From: a virus
Taxonomy: Duplodnaviria; Caudoviricetes
Strand: one strand, 5' to 3'
IMG/VR virus record: IMGVR_UViG_3300044484_000087
Location: 1 to 63,199 of that record
DNA length: 63,199 bases
Of the stretch, positions 17,505 to 26,420 are shown piece after piece. Numbering within the stretch: position 1 is the first letter of the stretch; every line of letters starts with the position of its first letter. Below the pieces are notes generated by a model, which had not been told where the DNA came from, ran no database searches, and saw only the letters and a program-made list of their open reading frames with translations. Made by a program: the position numbers and the translations under genes.

Positions 17505-19382
17505 TCACGAAATGTCTGCGTCGAGCATTCGCACCACGACGCCGCCCTGTGCGTAGTACCACTCCAGCACGTCGCGTTCCGATGCCCCCGCTGAAAGCAA
17601 GGGCGGCACGCCTCCGGGATGGCGCACGTCAACCGAGCTGCCGTTTAGCTGGTAGTCGGTGATGAGCTGACCGCCCGAGCCCTGCACCACCTCGATGAGC
17701 CCACGACGATGCGCGAGGCGGTTGAGATCGCCCGTGAAGTTCACCACGCGATTCCCCGGCAGCGAGATGGTTGTGTGGCTCCCGCTGATCAAGTCGATGG
17801 TGATGATGCCTGCCGAGTCGGTGGCGTTCGCCGCGATCTGGTTCGGCGTGTCGTCGTGCGGGATCAGATACCAGCGCGAGCCGTTGTACCGGATGCGCAC
17901 GATCGTTCCAGTCTGCTGCCGGTAGGTTTTCCCGCGCGGGCAGATGATGCGGTTCGCTGCTGCCGACCCGGTGTTCTGGTGACGCCATTCGATCGGGGTG
18001 CCCGAGTCGTTGAGAAGCAGGCGCTCGTTGGGCTGGTCAGGATTTCCCGAGTACGACGCAACGCCGGTGAGCTGGCATCCCGCCACGACCGAAGTGAACC
18101 GCCAGATGCGCGACGTGCCGGGGAATGCAAGGTCGTTGACGACCATCCCGAGAGCGGGTCCAACCTGCTCGAAGTTGGACATCTCCAGGATGTACCAAAG
18201 GCGTCGATCATCCAGCGCCTCAAGGTCGTATCCGCCGAGGGACCGCCCCACCACTCGCATCGTCGGCACACTCAGCGACTGCACGTCGCCCGTGACGCGC
18301 ACGAGCAGCGAATGCTGCCCAAGCGCCACCGAGCTGAAGTTGTTGAGCTGGTCCCTTGCGTAGACGGTGTTTGGCGAGAGCTGGAACACCGTCTGCTCGC
18401 CGCCGAACGCCGCGCTGGCTTGCTCGATGCGGAACGGAGCTGCCGCGTTCATGAGCAAGAACCGCGCGAGGTTGGTGCCGGTGAACGGATGCCATTCCCC
18501 TCCGATGTAGCGGAACACCACGTTGCCGCCTTTGAGGGTGATGTTGAAGGGCGTCGTGACTAAGCCAGACGATGCGTCCATCGGTCGCAGACCATCGCCT
18601 TGTGGGTCGATGCTGAGAACGACAGCGATCACGCCCGCGTGCTGGATGCCCACGAAGTCTCCCTCGACGGCGCCTTGTGCAGCCGTGGGCAGCACCACGC
18701 TCGCAGGCCCCGGGCTCAGGAAAGAGTCCGCGAGTACCGTCATCACGTTGCGAGTCAACGGGTTCGGCGGCAGCACCGCATCGGTGTAGATGCTCGGGCT
18801 GAGCGGCAAGAACGATGTGTCCAGCCCCGCGATGAGCGCGTCCACCTGCGCTTCCGAGTACACATCCAGCGCCGTTCGCATCTGCGCGGGCGTGAGGTGC
18901 TGGGTCGCATCCGGCCCGGTGCGTTCGTGCGCGGGGAACGTGAGCTGCCCATCGGGCGCTTCCTCGATGAGCTGCGCCTCCATGTCGGGGCCGTGGATGG
19001 GAAGTGGGCTGAGCAGCGCGTCATCGCCCACGATGACCATGCCGTCCACCGCGAAGTCTTCAGGGTCATAGAACAAGACGCTATTGTCCGGAACCTCGAC
19101 AACTTCGCCCGTTTCCACCAAACGACGCGCCATCCCGGTGTAGGCGTTGGCCGCCGTCAGACCGATGGGCTGCGTCAAACCAGTAACGCCCATCAGCAAG
19201 TAATAGCCAGGATTTACGCCGCCCAATTGGTATATGGCACGGCCCCGGTCGAGAGCCGTCTGAACGAACGTCAAGCGCGCCGCTTCATCAGCAACAGCAT
19301 TCACCCCGTCGATGGGATGCCCGCCGCGATTGCCCGATGGGTGGTTCGCTGGCGTTATTTCGCCGTGTTGAAGGTCCGCCAC
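17505..19382 (-). CDS. Putative tail fibre protein
   Basis: Modular beta-rich 625-aa protein downstream of fibre-assembly genes. Confidence 0.55.
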   Translation of the reverse strand: MADLQHGEITPANHPSGNRGGHPIDGVNAVADEAARLTFVQTALDRGRAIYQLGGVNPGYYLLMGVTGLTQPIGLTAANAYTGMARRLVETGEVVEVPDNSVLFYDPEDFAVDGMVIVGDDALLSPLPIHGPDMEAQLIEEAPDGQLTFPAHERTGPDATQHLTPAQMRTALDVYSEAQVDALIAGLDTSFLPLSPSIYTDAVLPPNPLTRNVMTVLADSFLSPGPASVVLPTAAQGAVEGDFVGIQHAGVIAVVLSIDPQGDGLRPMDASSGLVTTPFNITLKGGNVVFRYIGGEWHPFTGTNLARFLLMNAAAPFRIEQASAAFGGEQTVFQLSPNTVYARDQLNNFSSVALGQHSLLVRVTGDVQSLSVPTMRVVGRSLGGYDLEALDDRRLWYILEMSNFEQVGPALGMVVNDLAFPGTSRIWRFTSVVAGCQLTGVASYSGNPDQPNERLLLNDSGTPIEWRHQNTGSAAANRIICPRGKTYRQQTGTIVRIRYNGSRWYLIPHDDTPNQIAANATDSAGIITIDLISGSHTTISLPGNRVVNFTGDLNRLAHRRGLIEVVQGSGGQLITDYQLNGSSVDVRHPGGVPPLLSAGASERDVLEWYYAQGGVVVRMLDADIS

Positions 19383-19387
19383 AGAGA

Positions 19388-19798
19388 CTACTCACCCCGG
19401 GAAGGGGCCGGCGGAGCCACAGATGGCCTACCGACTTCACGTAACACAGCCAAAACAGGCGCCCATCGATACTTCACGGCCATGGCTTCCAACAGCATGA
19501 AGCCGGCCACAGACGTCACGCCGGCCAAGATGCCCTCGTTGACGGCGCCGCCCCGAGTTGTGATCCACTCGACGGCGGGCATCCAAGGCCACATCAGGCC
19601 CCACAACGCGCCCGCGACCATCGGGTGGCACCACATCGTACCGCGCGCCCTCGCCCACCATACGCCGGTTGCCGCTCGTTGCTTGGTGAACAGGCGCTTC
19701 TTCAGGTTCTGGCCTACGAACCAGAACACCAACACCTTGGTGGTGAACGGCCAGTATGGCTTGGCAAACTCCGCAGCTTCTGCTAACCACTCTGGCAT
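19388..19798 (-). CDS. Trp-rich membrane protein (holin-like?)
   Basis: Up to three hydrophobic segments; RBS AGGAGG. Confidence 0.5.
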   Translation of the reverse strand: MPEWLAEAAEFAKPYWPFTTKVLVFWFVGQNLKKRLFTKQRAATGVWWARARGTMWCHPMVAGALWGLMWPWMPAVEWITTRGGAVNEGILAGVTSVAGFMLLEAMAVKYRWAPVLAVLREVGRPSVAPPAPSRGE

Positions 19799-20184
19799 AC
19801 GCCCTCCTGATCGCTGTCTGTTGCGGCTTGAAGCTCTTGGATTGAAGTCGCTTCTGCCAGCCGTTGCTCGATTTGTTGGTGGCGAAGCAAACGGGCCCGG
19901 GCGGCCCCAAACGCTATGGCTTGGAAAGCCATGAACTCACCATAAGTATCCAACTCCAGATACTTGCCATCGATGGCGCGCCAAACCATCTTCTGGTACA
20001 TCGTGATGGGGATTTGAGCCAAACCAAGCAAGTTGATTCGGTCAAACATGTTCAGCTGAAACTTGAGCCCCTTGTGCTCAAACGGCCCTTCCACGAGCGC
20101 GCGGGTTCGGGCGTTCAGAGCAGACAGATGGACCCATCTGCTCGCCTCCAACGCCTTGGAATCGTCAGCATCGCCGTCCATCAT
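19783..20184 (-). CDS. Tail fibre assembly-like protein (DUF4376-like)
   Basis: R...GPFEHKG..FQ...DRINL...WRAIDG...L...I..ATSIQEL pattern. Confidence 0.6.
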   Translation of the reverse strand: MMDGDADDSKALEASRWVHLSALNARTRALVEGPFEHKGLKFQLNMFDRINLLGLAQIPITMYQKMVWRAIDGKYLELDTYGEFMAFQAIAFGAARARLLRHQQIEQRLAEATSIQELQAATDSDQEGVCQSG

Positions 20185-20188
20185 CGGC

Positions 20189-20683
20189 CTATTCTACCCG
20201 AAACAGACCGGATTCTTGTTCGCAGGCCCGGAGCAAGTCTTGCGGCGTCGTGCGTTCGGGATCAAGCCCGATCAGCGCCTGCAAGCGTCCTTGCCCCGCA
20301 GCGGCGCGCACCACGAACTCAGAACACACCGTGGCATTGGACCGGGCGAATGGGTTGCGGATGCGAGCGCCGATACGTCTTGCAATCAGCACAGGGATGA
20401 AGCCGAGCAACGACACATAATCGTAGCGCTCGCCTAGCGCACGGGCTGCCAGCCCCAGGTCGAAGCCCTCCCCGGACGCCGGAACAAACTCTGCGACCGC
20501 TCGGTTGGAGCGGAGCCACTTCCTGCGCGGCGTGACTTGGACGCCGCCGATGGAGGCGTGTATCAGCACAGGGACGCCGCCGATGGATGATGTAAGAGCG
20601 GCGTGGCTCGTCTTGCCACGAGTGATGAAACGTATGGCCTTGGAGACCCAGCTATTGTCGGCCGTGAAGATTACGCCAGTCAC
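20189..20683 (-). CDS. Permuted papain-like NlpC/P60 (YiiX/YebB-like) enzyme
   Basis: SKAIRFIT..KTSHAAL...LGERYDY...VCSEFV...TPQDL; GTGA overlap at 20680-20683. Confidence 0.8.
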   Translation of the reverse strand: MTGVIFTADNSWVSKAIRFITRGKTSHAALTSSIGGVPVLIHASIGGVQVTPRRKWLRSNRAVAEFVPASGEGFDLGLAARALGERYDYVSLLGFIPVLIARRIGARIRNPFARSNATVCSEFVVRAAAGQGRLQALIGLDPERTTPQDLLRACEQESGLFRVE

Positions 20684-21300
20684 CGACTGTCCACCACGGC
20701 GTCCAACGCGGCCTGTGTGGCCGCCGCGTTGATTGCCTTCTTGAGAGCGTTGCCCGTCGCGTAGGCCCACTGAATCCTGCCAAGCCCCGCTGTGTAGCGT
20801 GCAGCGACTTCAGCCGCGTTGACGACCGATGCGATGACCGTATCATCTTGGCTGGCCATGTCGAACGGATAGACTTGGCTGTTGGCTTTCTTTTCCAGTT
20901 CAGCGAGGTTGCGTTGTGCTGTGTCCGACAAGCTGTAGTACACACCGCTCCCGGGCGGATACTCGTACCCCGCTGCGATGAGCGCTCCGGTCCTGGCATT
21001 GACGGCCAACCTGCGTTGTTTCTTCTGCTCATCGAGCGGGCCGCGGATGGATGTTTCCTTGGTGGCCTTTTCTTGGGCCGTCATCTTCACGACCGTGTCG
21101 CCAACAACCTTCCAATATTTTTCCGGAACGTCGGCCGTTTCCAACGCCGAAACATCTGGGTTGATCAAGTAATCGGGGCTGGGTACGGGCTCCCAATCTG
21201 TGATTTGCTGGTTGCTATCCAGCACGGGGCGTCGGGGCCAGTTGCCCCTTATCACTTCGCCCGTTTGCTTGTTGATGACGATGTCGAAATTGGTAGGCAT
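20680..21300 (-). CDS. Tail fibre assembly-like protein (DUF4376-like)
   Basis: Follows the large fibre gene; C-terminal LKKAINAAATQAALDAV. Confidence 0.6.
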   Translation of the reverse strand: MPTNFDIVINKQTGEVIRGNWPRRPVLDSNQQITDWEPVPSPDYLINPDVSALETADVPEKYWKVVGDTVVKMTAQEKATKETSIRGPLDEQKKQRRLAVNARTGALIAAGYEYPPGSGVYYSLSDTAQRNLAELEKKANSQVYPFDMASQDDTVIASVVNAAEVAARYTAGLGRIQWAYATGNALKKAINAAATQAALDAVVDSR

Positions 21301-21303
21301 GTT

Positions 21304-24300
21304 TTACGCGCTGATTGCGTTGTGGGTGTTACCGCCGATGGAGCCGGCCCCGGAGTTGGTGAACGAAGGCGCCGTGCCCGCGTTGCCTTGAAGAATATTG
21401 CCCCAGAACATCGACCGGACGCCCTGGAGGTTGACCACGTCGGGGTTGCCGGCCACGGTGTCCGTTCGGAAGCGATTGTTGGAGCACATGAAGTTGGCGG
21501 ACGTAGATGCCGAAATTACCTGCGACACTTGGCGTTGCGTCGTGGCGCCGTTGCCATTCCAAACGAATTGGCTGTTCACAACCGCACAGTAATCGGTGAT
21601 CGTCGGGCGCGGGCACGTCACGATTGGCCCCAAGGTATTGGCAATGGCGTTTTCAAACATCAGCATGACGTCGTCCACGGTGCAATGCCCGCCGCCGCCG
21701 CCGAATGCGATGTCTTGCCCGAAACGAATGAGCGACTGCCCAGTCGCCCATATGGCCAACGGCGCAAGGGTGTTGGCGTACTTAGCAAGCGTCCCGCGAT
21801 GGATTGAACAGTTGTCCCCGCCCAGGTAGATGAAGCCCATAGGGCAAAGTCCCACCACGCCGGTGGCGATGAAGAAATCCGTCACCATCGTCCGAAGATT
21901 CAGCGAGCTGGGAGCTATGTTCCAATTGCCCATACCAAGCAAAGATTTGTAGCCGTTGGCCGGGGGCGAGCCGCTGATGTTGTCTTGAAGCATCCGAAAG
22001 CCGTTGACGACAGCGGCTTTCACAAAGCACACGTGCGCCACCCCGTTGTCCGCCGCTGGCACTGCGATTCCCCAACGCCTGATCACCACATTTTGATAGT
22101 GCGCGGGCGCACCATAGGCAGCGGATGGCGCAGAAGGTGCGCCCGCAAGCAAGATGTGGCAAGGCTCGTAGTTGCCACCAAACGGATTCAAGGTGGCAAC
22201 GCTGGACACGGCGTTGTTCAAATCCACCGTGATATTTCGGAAAGACGCCGTGAGCTGTAGGTCGGGCGTGGTTTCAGTCGATGGAACGCCGAAACATGCC
22301 AGAACGGGATAGTTGGGAAGCGTTGCTGCGTTGTGTGCGATGAAGAGCCCATCCACGTCAATCTGGCCTGAGCCACCCAACTGGACCACGGCTTGGTTTC
22401 CGGACGGGGCTGTTTGGCTGGTGCGTTGGATGTTGACCATCAGATTCCGAACGACCGGCCCCAGGCCCTTGCCAAAGCTGGCTTCGGATGCGCCGCCAAT
22501 CAGCACCAGCCTTGGCGACGTGACAGCCGTGCCGGTGCCAGATTCGACGTAGCAATCCACCACTTCGCCGTAGCGACTAGGCCCCCACAGCGCTTGCCCC
22601 TCTTTGGCCAAAAAGTAGCAGCCTCGAAACGACACCTTGTCGAACTGGCCGCTCATGTACACAACGGGCTGTAGCTGCCCCGTATGCCCTCGAAACACAC
22701 AGTTCTCGAATACGGCAACCAGACTTCTGTTGCTGCCGATCACAACAGTCGGTTGGAAGCCAACATTCCCAGTCGAATCGAAGATGCAATTGCGGAAAAC
22801 CAACGGCCGACCATCCCAAGGGGCGATTGAGCCTAAAGTGTTGTTGATGCCCAATTGGCTGATTTGCAAAACGGGGCCGTCAATCGTCGGACTTGCTTTG
22901 AACAAGCATTGATCAAATACCATCCAAGGGTGATTCTCGCCAAATTGATTACCAAGATGGACTCCTGTGAACAATCCAGCACGATTGGAGCCCTGAGGTC
23001 CAAACACACAGTTCTTGAAGTCGCTGGGCTCGTCGGCTCCGGGCAGGACGCCACCAGCGCCAAATCGAGTATCGCCCCAATCAAAACGGCAATCTTCAAA
23101 GTGCGCGTTGGAGCCAACGCCGCCAACCAAATCAGCGGTGTCAATCCACCACTTGCCTGGCGCTCCCGCGAATCCCAAACGCCGATAGCGTCCACGCAAA
23201 CCATGAGCGGTCGCTCCGCTCCCTGTCACCACTCGGACAGGCTCCGTCCCGCCGGGATTGCCCTTGTACGAGCCGCCCGTTAGCTCAGGGAAACGTGGAT
23301 TGGCGGCGTTGACGGGAACGCCCAACTTGCCGCTGGCGTGCGTCAACGCATATGCTGTCGAATAATCGCGCGCCAGGTATCGTCCGCCATCGTCCAACGA
23401 CTGGATGGCGTTGACATTGCCACTGACATCATCGCCGCGCCGTGTTGTGGGCGGCGCAAACACAGCGCTGAATGGTCTACGGGCCACATGACGACGGTCA
23501 GCATTCCGAAGTGCCAACTGGACGTTGATCGGGTCATCCGGGTCGCCCGGGATGCCCAAGCCGCCTTCATCCGTATCGTCGCCGCCCGACAGCTGGCTGG
23601 TCGTGAATTGGCTCGTGTCCGTCCCAATCTGCGAAGCGCCCGTCAGCGACAGAATGGAGGTGGAAATGAGCTTCTGGGTGGCGTTGGTCAGAGTCACGGG
23701 TGTGCCGCCATTGCCCGTAACCGTTCCGATGTAGAAGTGCTTGCCGGTGCCCGTAATCGGCTGTGGCCCGGATTGGCGACGGATGCTCAGGCCCACAAGT
23801 TGGACCGTGTAATCTGAAACCAACGTGGAAATCGTGTCTTGGCCGAACTTTCCAACGGTGGTGACGGTGTTGTTGCCGCCACTGAAAACCACCGTGAGTG
23901 TTTCGATGGCCACAGACTCTGTGGTGGCCCCGGCGCCTGGAATCTTCTTGAATACGCGCACTTGGCGACCCGCGAAAGACTCGCCGCCCAGCGAGTTCAC
24001 CAGCGAGTTCACGCGGAACGTGATGTTGACGCCGCCATTGTCCGTAACCAAGTCAGGCTGCTTTTCGTCGCCAATCGACTCGATGAGCTTGATGAACTCA
24101 GGCTTCCCCGTCCGGGGGTTGATCTGGATGCCGCTTGGAGCCGCACAGAACGTCGCCCCGACGTCATACAGAACGGCCGCAGTGTTCTCGAACAGCTCGT
24201 TGCGGAAGCCGCCCGACATGATCTGTTCAAGGTCCAAGACGTGGCCATAGCCATCGTGGACGAGCCCATCAAGCTCCGTGGGCTTGAGATTGATGCGGAC

Positions 24301-24477
24301 CTGGTTGGCTCCGCCTGCAACCAAGGGGATTTTCTCGTTGAATGAGCCCTGGTCGAACAGCGTGTCCACAGTCACGCGGTTGAGCTCGCGTAGGTAGTCC
24401 ACCAGACGCGGCCCAAAGTCCTCAAAGCCCATCAAGCGCTTGTTTACAACATATGCGAACTCAGCGCCGGTTGTCAT
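21304..24477 (-). CDS. Large tail fibre/tailspike with probable parallel beta-helix
   Basis: 1057 aa with recurring FEDCRF/FKNCVF/FDQCLF/FRNCIF/FENCVF motifs typical of pectin-lyase-like beta-helices. Confidence 0.7.
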   Translation of the reverse strand: MTTGAEFAYVVNKRLMGFEDFGPRLVDYLRELNRVTVDTLFDQGSFNEKIPLVAGGANQVRINLKPTELDGLVHDGYGHVLDLEQIMSGGFRNELFENTAAVLYDVGATFCAAPSGIQINPRTGKPEFIKLIESIGDEKQPDLVTDNGGVNITFRVNSLVNSLGGESFAGRQVRVFKKIPGAGATTESVAIETLTVVFSGGNNTVTTVGKFGQDTISTLVSDYTVQLVGLSIRRQSGPQPITGTGKHFYIGTVTGNGGTPVTLTNATQKLISTSILSLTGASQIGTDTSQFTTSQLSGGDDTDEGGLGIPGDPDDPINVQLALRNADRRHVARRPFSAVFAPPTTRRGDDVSGNVNAIQSLDDGGRYLARDYSTAYALTHASGKLGVPVNAANPRFPELTGGSYKGNPGGTEPVRVVTGSGATAHGLRGRYRRLGFAGAPGKWWIDTADLVGGVGSNAHFEDCRFDWGDTRFGAGGVLPGADEPSDFKNCVFGPQGSNRAGLFTGVHLGNQFGENHPWMVFDQCLFKASPTIDGPVLQISQLGINNTLGSIAPWDGRPLVFRNCIFDSTGNVGFQPTVVIGSNRSLVAVFENCVFRGHTGQLQPVVYMSGQFDKVSFRGCYFLAKEGQALWGPSRYGEVVDCYVESGTGTAVTSPRLVLIGGASEASFGKGLGPVVRNLMVNIQRTSQTAPSGNQAVVQLGGSGQIDVDGLFIAHNAATLPNYPVLACFGVPSTETTPDLQLTASFRNITVDLNNAVSSVATLNPFGGNYEPCHILLAGAPSAPSAAYGAPAHYQNVVIRRWGIAVPAADNGVAHVCFVKAAVVNGFRMLQDNISGSPPANGYKSLLGMGNWNIAPSSLNLRTMVTDFFIATGVVGLCPMGFIYLGGDNCSIHRGTLAKYANTLAPLAIWATGQSLIRFGQDIAFGGGGGHCTVDDVMLMFENAIANTLGPIVTCPRPTITDYCAVVNSQFVWNGNGATTQRQVSQVISASTSANFMCSNNRFRTDTVAGNPDVVNLQGVRSMFWGNILQGNAGTAPSFTNSGAGSIGGNTHNAISA

Positions 24478-24493
24478 TGGCCCAACTCTCTGA

Positions 24494-25705
24494 TCAGGGG
24501 TTGATGTCTATCGTATCGGTTTCCAACGGGTTGAAAAAGAGCTCAACCTCGTCAACTTCCAATCCGCCAACTCCGCTGAACCCTCTGGAGCCCTGCGAGT
24601 GAACAGGATTCAGAACGCTGGAGATCAATGCCGATTCAAAGTACACGTTGAATCGAGTCTGCCCCGCTTCCGGGGATAACTCCAGCCTCAACGAGTAATG
24701 GACGTCATCGTGCAACATGACCGAGTACAATGCCATGTTCACGGTGGCTAGCACGGTAGGAACGCCTGCCACGACGACTCCAACCAAGATTTGGTTGAAA
24801 TCAACGTCCAACTGTGCGTAGTAGTAATCACCAGAGCCTGTTCGATAGGCTTGGAAAACTCCATCGCCCATAAGGCGAGCCGTCACGACGTAATTGGCCC
24901 AATCTTGAGAGCTTTCAAGATTGGCAAACGCACTCTCGCCCGTCGCCAACGTCATCTTGCCGTCCGCGACTGTGACGCCGTCTGTCTCGTCCCACTGAGA
25001 CAAATCATCATCCACGCCAAACAAGTCAAGGAACCCGATGTAGCTGACTTCGATGCGCTCCCCGGCGGGGCGCCCTAGCTTGGCAAGGGCGACAACCAAC
25101 TCGTGATCCAGCGTTCCGTCATCGACTACGCGGATGTTCGAACGCATCTCATCATCGTTGGGAGGGCCCGGAAGCGATGCCATCCACGGGTCGTACCCAT
25201 TCCAATCTTCGCCAAACGCGCTTTCATCCAAAACGATGCGATAATCAAACCAGTTCCAGATGCGACAGCGCGCTCCCGTGACCAAGCTGATGAGGTCGAT
25301 CACCGCATCTTCGGGCCCGCGCCGCTTCCAATAGGCGACGCTGGCGGCGATCAGGCGCCGCAGCGTAAGGGGATCCAAGCGGCTGGTTATTTCATCCAGC
25401 TCTTTCGTCCACCCCACGATGTCCTTCAAATACCACAAATATTGGTCTGGGACGTTGGCTACATCCCATAGCACAGGGATGTATCGCGCCGTGGCGACGG
25501 TTTGCTTCCAAAGTAACTGCGGGCCTTGGAGGTAGCGCTGTATGAACTTGTCGCCATTGATCTGATCTTCTTCACGAATGATGGCGATTAGGAACCTGTA
25601 CATGTCCAGGTTCAACGCGCCAGTTTCTCCAATCAACGGCTGGAACCCGATCATCGGACTCGTAGTCGTGATCAGCAAGTTGCCTGACAAGTCTTGGATA
25701 GGCAT
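24494..25705 (-). CDS. Baseplate wedge protein, P2 gpI-like, with C-terminal beta-sandwich
   Basis: VPDQYLWYL...GW...RRLIA...YWKRRG...I..L motif; downstream of the J-like gene. Confidence 0.75.
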   Translation of the reverse strand: MPIQDLSGNLLITTTSPMIGFQPLIGETGALNLDMYRFLIAIIREEDQINGDKFIQRYLQGPQLLWKQTVATARYIPVLWDVANVPDQYLWYLKDIVGWTKELDEITSRLDPLTLRRLIAASVAYWKRRGPEDAVIDLISLVTGARCRIWNWFDYRIVLDESAFGEDWNGYDPWMASLPGPPNDDEMRSNIRVVDDGTLDHELVVALAKLGRPAGERIEVSYIGFLDLFGVDDDLSQWDETDGVTVADGKMTLATGESAFANLESSQDWANYVVTARLMGDGVFQAYRTGSGDYYYAQLDVDFNQILVGVVVAGVPTVLATVNMALYSVMLHDDVHYSLRLELSPEAGQTRFNVYFESALISSVLNPVHSQGSRGFSGVGGLEVDEVELFFNPLETDTIDINP

Positions 25706-25706
25706 G

Positions 25707-26420
25707 TTACATCACCGCCGTAGCATCCGCTGCCACAACGGAATCACGGATGGAAGCCGCAAGCAACCCTCGAATCGTGAGGTGGTACAGTTGCCCTTCC
25801 GCTTGGTCTGTGGTAGCCAAAGTGACCACAGAACCTTCTGCTGCTACCACAGATTCCACAACCAATCCGCCGTCGAACAGATAGTTGGCCGGATTCCGAA
25901 GGTCCGGATTGTCTTCCATCACTTCGCTGAAGTGCACCTGCACGGTGTTCTTAGAAATCGCCAGAACCAACAAGACTTCAGGGGCGCGTCCGATGGCCGC
26001 AAAAACAGATTGGCCTTCTGAAATCTCGCCGCCTGCGCCTTGGACCCCGGACCCCAACGTCAAGGCGTACAACTTCACATCGGTCATCTCCGTGACCGTA
26101 AGCTCAGCGAAGGTCGGCGTGGATTGTCCCAAAGGTAGAGACACCCCAAGGACCGTCACCAAGGCCGCGCCCGGGGAGATGGGCACGATGCTGTAACTTG
26201 CGGGGTCCGAAAGAGCGGCGTTATTTTGGGCTTGGTAGCCGAAATCAACGCGCACAGTCTTGTCATCCAACGCCCGCGCCTTGGGCGGGATGGTGTTGAA
26301 GCGCGAAACATCATCAAACAACAGGATGCTGTCTGCGGCGTAACGATTGAAATTGATGACTCTGGCGAACGCCTCAGTTACGGGCACGCCGTCAGTTAGC
26401 AGCACGGAGATCAGAGCCAT
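25707..26420 (-). CDS. Baseplate-associated protein with two Ig-like domains
   Basis: Two repeats of TVxVxF...L.xP.xY...V..V...L.(T/V).(E/D)...LY.LT. Confidence 0.6.
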   Translation of the reverse strand: MALISVLLTDGVPVTEAFARVINFNRYAADSILLFDDVSRFNTIPPKARALDDKTVRVDFGYQAQNNAALSDPASYSIVPISPGAALVTVLGVSLPLGQSTPTFAELTVTEMTDVKLYALTLGSGVQGAGGEISEGQSVFAAIGRAPEVLLVLAISKNTVQVHFSEVMEDNPDLRNPANYLFDGGLVVESVVAAEGSVVTLATTDQAEGQLYHLTIRGLLAASIRDSVVAADATAVM

